Below, in pieces: positions 1 to 7,634 of a stretch of DNA of 10,752 nucleotides (positions within the stretch are counted from its first letter, which is position 1; each line of letters starts with the position of its first letter). The notes below the pieces were generated by a model, which worked only from the letters and a program-made list of their open reading frames with translations, was not told the DNA's origin and ran no database searches. Position numbers and translations under genes: made by a program. Location: NCBI GenBank assembly GCA_039799905.1, contig JBDLRP010000009.1:1-10752 (forward strand), read 5' to 3'. The stretch comes from Pseudomonadota bacterium. GTDB lineage: Bacteria > Bdellovibrionota_B > Oligoflexia > Silvanigrellales > Silvanigrellaceae.

Positions 1-223
1 CCTTAGGTGCCTAAAATAAATAAGAAAAACATCCATCAATCCATTCGCTCCAGCATTCATTCGAAGCTTCATTGCAATCGACGCACTCTACAGAGGAGAG
101 AAAACTCAGGCACCGCTCATAACTTAAACAACTAAACCCCTAAAATCGTGAAAAAAAAATGATTTCCTCAAGTGAAGAATCGAAAATTCCGATTTGAAGT
201 CGTTATTTTATTGTGGAGGGTTC

Positions 224-1324
224 ATGAGCACACTGTTGCGTTCCACTCTAGCCAGCTTTTCACTCCTTGTGATGTCTGCTTGTCAACAGGGAACAAAGAC
301 GACCGAGTCGGGTGCAAGTGCGGTGGACATACCCAACACGTCCGTCAAAAGCCAAGGCGTCATTGGTTATTGTTGGGCCTATGCTGCGGTCGCAATGATT
401 GAATCCGACTACAAAAAACGAACCGGCAAGGACATAGACCTCAGTGAGGAAGCAATCGGTTTCTTCCATTTCGCAGAACAGCTCAAAGCGACTATGGACC
501 AAAACTTAAAGTACAACAAAAAGGATTTTTCGCTCCGACAAGGTGGCTTTATCAACGGAACATCCAACGCCTTGGGGAGCAAAGATGCGTTTGCACTCAT
601 AGAGCGCTGGGGATTGATTCCAGAATCACAATGGACCGAAAAATTTGAAACAGAAATTGATCGTGATTTTGCGCTTGAGTCAATCCAAGAAAATTTTCTC
701 GCTCTGCAAGAAAAAATCCGTGGCAAGCAAACTGTTGTACAAATGAACCAGATCTTCGAAATCCTCACTGATGGAGCATTTTCGAAAGTTCCTCCTGTCG
801 ACGGCTTCAACAATGGCAGTGGTCAGATGAATGCGGTTCAATATGCACGCAATGTTGTCGGCTATCGACCGAACGCCTATCAGGACGTCTGGATCGACAG
901 ATCCAACGCAGCGAGCCAGCTCGAAAGCTCCTTGCAACGTGTCAAACAAACTCTGGCCGCTGGTAATGTTGTTGGTTTGACTATTTCAATGCCTTCAACT
1001 GAGACTTGGTTTCAACGCATTCAAGGCACTCGATTTGTCGGTCTTAATCAGCCATTTGCACTTAAAGGTGCACACGCGATGGTCATCACTGACTTCAAGA
1101 ACTCGGGTGGGGTGTTTGGTCCTATGCCAAACGTTGGTGAAGAAGTTAAAAAACCCATCGAATTGGAACTTCAATTCAAACTTAAAAACAGCTGGGGATC
1201 GCAAGCAGGTGTCAATGAATTCGGGCGGGTGATTCTAACCGGCTTCTACGACATGGATTTGATGTACATGACAGACGTCCTAAAATCTGGTGGATATGTT
1301 GCCTTTACGTTTCCCTCAAATTGA
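224..1324 (+). CDS. Papain-family (clan CA, C1) cysteine peptidase, predicted lipoprotein, 366 aa
   Basis: ATG at 224 with GGAGG at 215-219, preferred over the TTG at 194. Signal peptide ends in a lipobox-like LVMSA-C20. Catalytic motifs: VKSQ44GVIGYC50WAYA (oxyanion Gln and nucleophile Cys), GAHAMVI (His), LKNSWG (Asn). Confidence 0.88.
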   Translation: MSTLLRSTLASFSLLVMSACQQGTKTTESGASAVDIPNTSVKSQGVIGYCWAYAAVAMIESDYKKRTGKDIDLSEEAIGFFHFAEQLKATMDQNLKYNKKDFSLRQGGFINGTSNALGSKDAFALIERWGLIPESQWTEKFETEIDRDFALESIQENFLALQEKIRGKQTVVQMNQIFEILTDGAFSKVPPVDGFNNGSGQMNAVQYARNVVGYRPNAYQDVWIDRSNAASQLESSLQRVKQTLAAGNVVGLTISMPSTETWFQRIQGTRFVGLNQPFALKGAHAMVITDFKNSGGVFGPMPNVGEEVKKPIELELQFKLKNSWGSQAGVNEFGRVILTGFYDMDLMYMTDVLKSGGYVAFTFPSN

Positions 1325-1432
1325 ATTGATTTCCCGAATACTCGTCGAGAAAAATCCATTGACCACTGTATCTGCGGAAATTAACGCAAGCAGATGTCAA
1401 TGGGGACATTTGGGCTTCGTAGACAAGCAACA

Positions 1433-2149
1433 TCAATCCACCAGCCGCCGGACACATTCAGAAACATGCGTGTCAATGAGATCAACAAGTGCGACGGGTT
1501 TTGCGGTTGCATTCGCAGGATCGCGCCACTGCCGTGCATGCACGAGAAGGCCAATCTCCGTGCAACCAAGCACGACCGCATCTGCGCCGCGCTGCGCGAG
1601 ATGGTCAATGCAGCGCATAAAGACCTCTTCGCTCTCGGGACGAAAAACACCAGCAACGAGTTCCTTGTAAACAATCCTGGCGGTAGCGGTGAAGTGTGGT
1701 TCATCAGGAATCAAGACAGCGAATCCTGAACTCTCGTAGCGCTGCCGGTAGAGCGGATCACTCATGGTGTATTTGGTGCCGAGCAGACCAATCTGCTGAG
1801 CACCAAGTGAGCGAAGCCTATTAAACAGAGCATCGTACAGACTGATGTGTTGCAGACCGAGCTCTGCTTCAATCAAATCACCCAACCAGCTGAGCGTGTG
1901 CGAGGCAATCACAAACGCGTCGCAGCCGGCGGATTTGAGCCGCTGGCCTTCGGCAAGAAATGCATGCTTTAACCTGCTCTCGTCGGCATCGCGTTGCCAA
2001 TCAAGGAGATCGGCAAAATCAAGACTGCTCATCACAATCCGCGCGCTGTGACGCACACCCAGCCGTTCGGCTATCCGCAGATTGAGCAGTCTGTAATATT
2101 CGGCGCTCGAGTGCCAACTCACGCCACCGATGATTCCCAATATTTTCAA
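1433..2149 (-). CDS. Aspartate/glutamate racemase-family protein (YgeA/RacX-like), 238 aa
   Basis: N-terminus MKILGIIGGVSWHSSAEYYR, HSARIVMSSLDF, IGLLGTKYTM, IVYKELVAG and VVLGC196TEI all match the AspR/YgeA pattern. TTG start with GAGGA 6 nt upstream. The first catalytic motif is atypical (IASHT). Confidence 0.9.
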   Translation of the reverse strand: MKILGIIGGVSWHSSAEYYRLLNLRIAERLGVRHSARIVMSSLDFADLLDWQRDADESRLKHAFLAEGQRLKSAGCDAFVIASHTLSWLGDLIEAELGLQHISLYDALFNRLRSLGAQQIGLLGTKYTMSDPLYRQRYESSGFAVLIPDEPHFTATARIVYKELVAGVFRPESEEVFMRCIDHLAQRGADAVVLGCTEIGLLVHARQWRDPANATAKPVALVDLIDTHVSECVRRLVD

Positions 2150-2178
2150 TCGAAATCCTCACCGATATAGAAACGCAT

Positions 2179-3870
2179 TTACGGTGTATATTTTCGCAGA
2201 TAGCCTTGCATGCGCAATTTCTTTTGCGCCGAGGCCGTACTCATGCTGCGGACGAGTCCGAATGGTTCGCGCGCCGGCGGCCATGGCCTGTCGTATTTGC
2301 CGAGGCACCAATAAATGCCTGTGTAGGAATTCGGATCGCGCCCGTCGAGCGCGTATTTATTGTTGAGGTATTCCATCTTGCGCAGTGCATCCTGCGGACC
2401 ATCGGACCAGCGTACGATACCCTTGCCCCACAACATGCGCATGTAGTTTTGAATGACTCCGTGCTGGATGAGCTCACGCTGTGCGGCGTTCCACACAGGA
2501 TCGGGGCTCTGTGCGGCCTCCAAACTTTCCAAGCTGACCTGCGCTATTTTCGGTGGCGCAAACTTCTTGAGAGTTTCTGCGGCCCAATTGGGAACAAGCG
2601 ACAAATTCCCCAGCGCCGTTCCAGCGCGGTATGCGTAGTGTGACATGTTCTGGCCAAGCTCGCGCCACGTCACCAGCTCATCCACGAACTTTCCAGCTGA
2701 GCTTTCGATGCTGATTTGATCCGCACCCGTGCAGCCCATGCGTTTGGCTGTCTCAGCCAAGATCGTCCGGCTGTGGATCATGCCGAAATGCAACCACGGT
2801 GACAAACGCGACGCACACGTTTCGTCGGGATGATTCCGATCCTCACCGTAGCGGTTGATGTCGTTGCGCAAAAATTCACTCAGCCGCTGCAATGCCGCGT
2901 TTTCTCCGCCCATACACGACTGCACGGCGGCGACACTGTTGCTGACTCCTGCGAGCTCACACATCGCCCGCGTGTAATCCGCAGGATTCACTTTGGTCTG
3001 GCCGACAGTATCACCAAGCAGCAGCTCACCTCGCACATCAAGCCGCTCGGAAAATACCAACCGCTCGCTCAGCATCGAAGCGATGGCCTGATGCTCGCGT
3101 GCAGCGGTGGCAATGAAGGGTTTCAATTTGGGTCTGATAAAGCGCGCGGCGGCCTCAACTTTGGCATACGAAAACAGAGGCACGAGCCCTGCGTCGTCGA
3201 CCAGCAAAAACGGTGCATCAGAGGCCCGCTGTGCCAGTGCGCGCTGTGAGCGCAGTGCGATATCGGGAAAAATGTAAAAACTCGCCCAGTCGCAAACAAG
3301 CGCCGTCGCATCTGACAAAAGCCCGCCAACCACACCGCCATTGACCACCTGATCCGGCGGACTCAGCAATCCTGTTGTAAAAGCGAGTTCAGGAGCCAAT
3401 GAAGTATCCGGCATCGCCGAGACGTTCTGCTTTGCATCAACGAGCGGGTCGCGACCCTGCGGAACGAACAAATAACCCGCACAATGAGCTGCATTGTCGG
3501 CCGCCCCCTCGCCCACGAAGGTATGAACTCGCTGGCTCGACCATGGAGCATTGCCGGACATAGCCTCAACAACGAGCAGAGGTTTGCGCAGCTTGGCAGA
3601 CAGCACACTGGCAACAGCGAGCCCCGCACTGTCGCTCCGGCGGCGCTGCACGGTCATCAAGTAAATGATGTATTTACCGGCGATTTTCTCGCCTCTGCCA
3701 GCCTTGCCCAACAGACTCGACAACTTCAGCGCGTCGGCGGGAGCCGAACTCCAAGCAGTCAAGGGCTGAGGATCGCGGGCCTGACCGTCGCCCAGCACCA
3801 GCAGCCTCTCCAAAAAGAGTCCCCGCTCACGCAACTCACCGCAAAAATTTTGTGCTTCCTGCCGACCCAT
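2179..3870 (-). CDS. Class II CPD (deoxyribodipyrimidine) photolyase, about 563 aa
   Basis: Class II FAD-domain motifs: SRLSPWLHFGMI, FVDELVTWREL, DPVWNAAQREL, NYMRMLWGKGIVRW, YLNNKYALDGRDPNSYTGIYWCLGKYDRPW. Start placed at ATG 3870 (AAAGGA 9 nt upstream) because the ORF-track start at 3951 overlaps the aroC start head-to-head. Confidence 0.9.
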   Translation of the reverse strand: MGRQEAQNFCGELRERGLFLERLLVLGDGQARDPQPLTAWSSAPADALKLSSLLGKAGRGEKIAGKYIIYLMTVQRRRSDSAGLAVASVLSAKLRKPLLVVEAMSGNAPWSSQRVHTFVGEGAADNAAHCAGYLFVPQGRDPLVDAKQNVSAMPDTSLAPELAFTTGLLSPPDQVVNGGVVGGLLSDATALVCDWASFYIFPDIALRSQRALAQRASDAPFLLVDDAGLVPLFSYAKVEAAARFIRPKLKPFIATAAREHQAIASMLSERLVFSERLDVRGELLLGDTVGQTKVNPADYTRAMCELAGVSNSVAAVQSCMGGENAALQRLSEFLRNDINRYGEDRNHPDETCASRLSPWLHFGMIHSRTILAETAKRMGCTGADQISIESSAGKFVDELVTWRELGQNMSHYAYRAGTALGNLSLVPNWAAETLKKFAPPKIAQVSLESLEAAQSPDPVWNAAQRELIQHGVIQNYMRMLWGKGIVRWSDGPQDALRKMEYLNNKYALDGRDPNSYTGIYWCLGKYDRPWPPAREPFGLVRSMSTASAQKKLRMQGYLRKYTP

Positions 3871-3944
3871 CCGCTGTCTTCCTTTATACTTGAGCCAGTC
3901 CTTGAGACGGGCTAGAAGCGCAAGATTGGGGAAGCTAGCAGACA

Positions 3945-5090
3945 ATGGCAAGTCAAACTGGGGTTATTTTCAGGGTCAGTACTTTCGGCGAGTCGCACGG
4001 ACCAGCCGTGGGGTGTGTTGTCGACGGTTGTCCGGCCGGACTGCCGCTCAGCGAAGAAATCATCCAAGCAGCCCTCAACCGCCGTAAACCTGCACAAAAC
4101 AAGTACACTTCTCCTCGCGCAGAGGATGACCGCTGCAGGATTTTGTCGGGAGTCGAGGGCGGAATCACCCTCGGCACACCGATTGCCATCATGGTTGAAA
4201 ACACCGACGCACGCCCCGCGGATTATTCCGAGACGACGCAGATTTTTCGCCCCAGTCATGCCGATTTCACCTACCAGCAGAAGTTCGGGATCTCGGCGCG
4301 CAGCGGCGGAGGGCGTGCAAGCGCGCGCGAAACGATAGGACGGGTGGCAGCCGCTGCCGTTGCCCGCCAGCTCCTGAGTCATATGACATCGTCGCACATC
4401 GAGTTGTGCGCGTGGGTGCAGCGAATAGCCGACATCGATTGCGGGCCCGTGACAGGCATGCCAACCATTGGAAACATCGACAGCAATGAACTGCGTGTTC
4501 CCAACGCTGCTGCTGCAGATGAAATGAAAAAACGGCTCGACGAACTCATGCAGAAAGGTGACACCGCCGGCGGACTCATCCGCTGCCGGATTTCCGGAGT
4601 TCCGGTTGGCTGGGGAGAACCTGTCTTCGATAAATTGGAAGCTGACCTTGCCAAAGCAATGCTCAGTCTTCCCGCTTCAAAATCGTTTGAAATTGGCTCA
4701 GGCCTGGCGGGCACATATCTGAGTGGCTCGCAGCACAACGACGCGTTCTTCACAGATGCGAATGGACACATCCGCACCCGCAGCAACAACAGCGGCGGCA
4801 TTCAGGGCGGAATCAGCAACGGCATGGACATTGAATTCTCCGTCGGGTTCAAACCGGTGTCTACGATTCGCATGGAACAAGACACAGTTGCGGCGGATGG
4901 AAGTCTGCAAAAAATTGAAATCAAAAAAGGCCGGCACGACCCCTGCGTATTGCCGCGTGCTGTGCCGATGGTTGAAGCGATGGCATGGCTGACGCTGGCT
5001 GACCACGCCCTGCGCGCGCGCCTCAATCGCGCGGACTGGCTTTCGCGCTCAGCAACGGACGTTCAACAACATAACAAAGAGTCAACATGA
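3945..5090 (+). CDS. aroC: Chorismate synthase
   Basis: Signature motifs TFGESHGPAVG, RPSHADFTY, GGGRASARETIGRVAA, GEPVFDKLEADLAKAMLS, SNNSGGIQGGISNG, FKPVSTI, GRHDPCVLPRAVP. Confidence 0.98.
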   Translation: MASQTGVIFRVSTFGESHGPAVGCVVDGCPAGLPLSEEIIQAALNRRKPAQNKYTSPRAEDDRCRILSGVEGGITLGTPIAIMVENTDARPADYSETTQIFRPSHADFTYQQKFGISARSGGGRASARETIGRVAAAAVARQLLSHMTSSHIELCAWVQRIADIDCGPVTGMPTIGNIDSNELRVPNAAAADEMKKRLDELMQKGDTAGGLIRCRISGVPVGWGEPVFDKLEADLAKAMLSLPASKSFEIGSGLAGTYLSGSQHNDAFFTDANGHIRTRSNNSGGIQGGISNGMDIEFSVGFKPVSTIRMEQDTVAADGSLQKIEIKKGRHDPCVLPRAVPMVEAMAWLTLADHALRARLNRADWLSRSATDVQQHNKEST

Positions 5091-6076
5091 GCAGCACGCG
5101 CATCGATGCCGGAAAATTCATTTCCGAACTGCAATCAGGTAAGGAAACGGCGCGTCTCACGGTAGTGCTGTCTGACAACACACTCATCCGCCGGCTGATT
5201 GCCGAAAGACTCACCCGACTGTACGGCGCGCGTCCCAAACTCTTTTCTGGAAAAGCCCCCGTGCAGGAGGCAGTTGAAAATCTTTCAACTGGAGATCTTT
5301 TTGGCGAACCTGCGCCCGTATGGATCGAATTGCCCGAAAAAATTTCCGCCAAACAATGGACGGAGTTTGCGCAACAGCTGAATCAACTCAGTGAACCCGC
5401 GCGACAGGAGCTTTACGTTCTTGCTGCCGCTTCTGCACGACACTCGGCACCTGAACCAAAGAGCCTGCCTTGGAAGGCTCAGGTACTCGTCATTTACGAA
5501 CCACCGCGCAACGATGGGTTGAACATACTGGCCACGCTCGCTGTCCGACACGGCGGCACACCCGCAGGAACCACAAAAAACGAACTGCAGGCACAGTGCG
5601 CTCATGCATACGACTATTACAGCGGCGACCTCGAGGCGTGCGACCTTCACTTCGAACGCATGGCAAAGGGCAGTCTCAAATTCGAAGCCGCCTTTGTGCC
5701 CAAGACCTCTCTCGACGCTTTTGATTTCATCGAAGCGTTCTCGACGGGCGACACCAATCTTGTTCACCTGCGTATGAGCCAGCTCGAGCAAGCCGGCGAA
5801 GATGCTGGCAGCGTTTTGTCCGCATTCGCCTACACCGGACGTCAAGTTCTTGCCTTTCAGGCAGCGCTCGCCAAGGTCGGAAATACGCGGGCTGCACATG
5901 ACATGGTGAAGACCCCCTATCCTTCGCAGGCGCGCATCGAACGTCTTGCCAGAGTTGTGACGACCGACAAATGGGGACGATTTTTTCTGGTGGCGGCAGA
6001 ACTTGAGAGGCAGTGCCGCAGTCAACGTGACGCGCACAGTTGGCTGGCTGTCGAACTGACTGGCCTTCTCGGTTAA
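5087..6076 (+). CDS. holA: Divergent DNA polymerase III delta subunit (clamp loader HolA-like), 329 aa
   Basis: Typical length. ENLSTGDLFGE resembles the HolA beta-clamp-binding (S/D)LF motif; YSGDLEAC resembles the GxDL lid motif; AFDFIEAF resembles the collar-domain IFDLxDA motif. Helical C-terminus ending LAVEL. ATGA 4-nt overlap with the aroC stop. No Walker A, consistent with the delta subunit. Confidence 0.68.
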   Translation: MSSTRIDAGKFISELQSGKETARLTVVLSDNTLIRRLIAERLTRLYGARPKLFSGKAPVQEAVENLSTGDLFGEPAPVWIELPEKISAKQWTEFAQQLNQLSEPARQELYVLAAASARHSAPEPKSLPWKAQVLVIYEPPRNDGLNILATLAVRHGGTPAGTTKNELQAQCAHAYDYYSGDLEACDLHFERMAKGSLKFEAAFVPKTSLDAFDFIEAFSTGDTNLVHLRMSQLEQAGEDAGSVLSAFAYTGRQVLAFQAALAKVGNTRAAHDMVKTPYPSQARIERLARVVTTDKWGRFFLVAAELERQCRSQRDAHSWLAVELTGLLG

Positions 6077-6124
6077 AATCTGTTTCAATCAAAGGCAAAT
6101 CATTGTTCGCGGAGTGGCACTCCT

Positions 6125-7600
6125 ATGCAAACAGAAAATCAGGATATGACCAAGTCACTCAAGGTCCTGCTCAACGTCAGGGTGTATCTGGTTGAGGACG
6201 ACCTTGCCACGGCGCGCGTCTACCAAAAACTACTGCAGGATGCCGGCGCCACAGTCGAACATTTTGCCACGGCGTCGTCTTTTCACGACCGCATCCGCAA
6301 CTGCGACGAATGGGAAAACAGCACCACCCTGCGTCCTCAATTGCTGCTCGTCGATCTGGTTCTGCCCGACGGATCGGGGCTCGATTTGATTGAACGCTGG
6401 CACAAACGCTGGCCCGACATTCCGGTGATAGCCATCACAGCGTTCGCCACAGTCGACACCGCTGTTGCGGCAATGAAGGCTGGTGCGTTCGACTTTCTGC
6501 GCAAACCCATCGGCCTTGAAGACCTTGTTTTGGGCATGCAGAAGGCCCAGCAGCACGGCGAACTGCTGCGCGAAAACAAAACTCTGAACAACGCAGTTCA
6601 CATTCTCAGCATCGCGCAGACGCTTGCCGGCATGACAGAGAAAAAGGCACTGCTCAAAACCTATCTGAAGCTGATAACACGCGAGCTCAAAAGCAGCGAA
6701 GGCTTTTCATTCTTCTTTGATGCAAACCGGTCGTATCCCGAACTGCTTTTGGATCTCCGTCAGGCTGGCATGGGCCGCACAGAGCCGCAGGAATTGATTC
6801 AAGCAGTGCTTGCTCCGCTCACCCGCAACCGATCTGCAGTTCCGGAGAATTTTGCAGAAATTGATTCTGTCACATTGCTGCAACCGCTCCTGACAGCCTC
6901 AAGCAAGCTTCCATTTGTCGTAATCGAACTCAAAAGTCCGACCGGCAACAGCGGATTCATCGCTCTCAACAAAGAAGGTACAACGCCGCACGTGTTGCTC
7001 GAAGCGTTGCAACAACTCACTCCCATCACCATGCAGGCCGCGCGGACGTTTCAAAATCTGGACGTGGCGACATCACTTTCGCTCGTTGACGAACTGACTG
7101 GCCTTTACAACCAGCGATTCATGGAAGTTTCGCTTGCGCGTGAAGTTGCCCGCAGCCAACGCTACGGCAGTCCGGTGTCATTGCTGTTCCTTGACCTCGA
7201 CCGCTTCAAATCAATCAACGACACGCTCGGACATGTTGTCGGAAGCCAGATGATCAAAGCAGCAGCACGCACCATGCGCGATCTCATCCGTGATTCCGAC
7301 CAACTCCTGCGCTATGGCGGCGATGAATTCTGCGTCATTCTGCCAAACACATCGCTCGAGGGTGCGCACATACTCGCCGAGCGCATCCGCAGCGTGTTCG
7401 CCGAGACACTCTTCAACCTCAGTGAATCAACCGGCGTGAATGAAGCTGATAAATTGAACATCACAACGAGCATCGGAGTGGCGAGCTTTCCTGAAAATGC
7501 GAAAACAGTTCAGGAGCTTGTCAAGGAAGCTGACGCGGCCATGTATACAGCGAAAAGATCAGGCAAAAACTGCGTCAGCATTGCACAGATTCAAAATTAA
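6125..7600 (+). CDS. Response-regulator diguanylate cyclase (REC - possible degenerate GAF-like region - GGDEF), 491 aa
   Basis: REC: LVEDD, phosphoacceptor D77 (VDLVLPDGSG), T105, K127-P. GGDEF domain: DELTGLYNQR, LDLDRFKSINDTLGHVVGS, I-site RDSD (7289-7300) five residues before an intact GGDEF (7316-7330), SIGVA, ADAAMYTAKRSGKN. An alternative ATG lies at 6146. Confidence 0.95.
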   Translation: MQTENQDMTKSLKVLLNVRVYLVEDDLATARVYQKLLQDAGATVEHFATASSFHDRIRNCDEWENSTTLRPQLLLVDLVLPDGSGLDLIERWHKRWPDIPVIAITAFATVDTAVAAMKAGAFDFLRKPIGLEDLVLGMQKAQQHGELLRENKTLNNAVHILSIAQTLAGMTEKKALLKTYLKLITRELKSSEGFSFFFDANRSYPELLLDLRQAGMGRTEPQELIQAVLAPLTRNRSAVPENFAEIDSVTLLQPLLTASSKLPFVVIELKSPTGNSGFIALNKEGTTPHVLLEALQQLTPITMQAARTFQNLDVATSLSLVDELTGLYNQRFMEVSLAREVARSQRYGSPVSLLFLDLDRFKSINDTLGHVVGSQMIKAAARTMRDLIRDSDQLLRYGGDEFCVILPNTSLEGAHILAERIRSVFAETLFNLSESTGVNEADKLNITTSIGVASFPENAKTVQELVKEADAAMYTAKRSGKNCVSIAQIQN

Positions 7601-7602
7601 AT

Positions 7603-7634
7603 AAGAGAGCCGGCTTTTTCGCAGCGGGCTTCTT
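7603..7634. terminator. Imperfect hairpin between convergent DGC and cyclase-PilZ genes; possible bidirectional terminator
   Basis: AAGA(G)AGCC-G-GCT / loop TTTTCGC / AGC-G-GGCT-TCTT fills the 33-nt gap between the two stop codons. It has one bulge, one mismatch and only weak U-tracts. Confidence 0.5.

Noticed and set aside
1..51. Possible start of a divergent minus-strand gene (GGAG at 48-51, TTG/ATG at 39/36, MDVFLIYFRHLR running off the window)
   Set aside because: Only 12-13 codons are visible and there is no recognisable motif; it cannot be supported without the flanking sequence.
141..196. Short AATC(G)...(C)GATT dyads in the AT-rich region upstream of the protease
   Set aside because: Arms of about 5 bp with different spacers are expected by chance in AT-rich DNA.
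194..223. ORF-track TTG start for the protease
   Set aside because: The GGAGG SD and signal-peptide geometry favour ATG 224.
1325..1432. Terminator or sRNA between the convergent protease and racemase genes
   Set aside because: Only weak 4-5 bp stems (e.g. ATGTC/GACAT) and no U-tract.
1290..1729. ORFs 1290-1670(+), 1394-1729(+) and 1381-1704(-), some Cys-rich
   Set aside because: They overlap the well-supported racemase gene and show no family motifs; treated as shadow ORFs.
3871..3951. Photolyase extension to TTG 3951, overlapping the aroC start; sigma70 boxes in the 74-nt divergent gap
   Set aside because: A head-to-head overlap leaves no promoter space and ATG 3870 has an SD. The candidate TTGAGC-17-TAGAAG promoter is too weak to call.
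5285..6098. Long antisense ORFs (267 aa at 5285-6088, 123 aa at 5727-6098) opposite holA
   Set aside because: No motifs; long stop-free antisense frames are common opposite GC-rich coding sequence.
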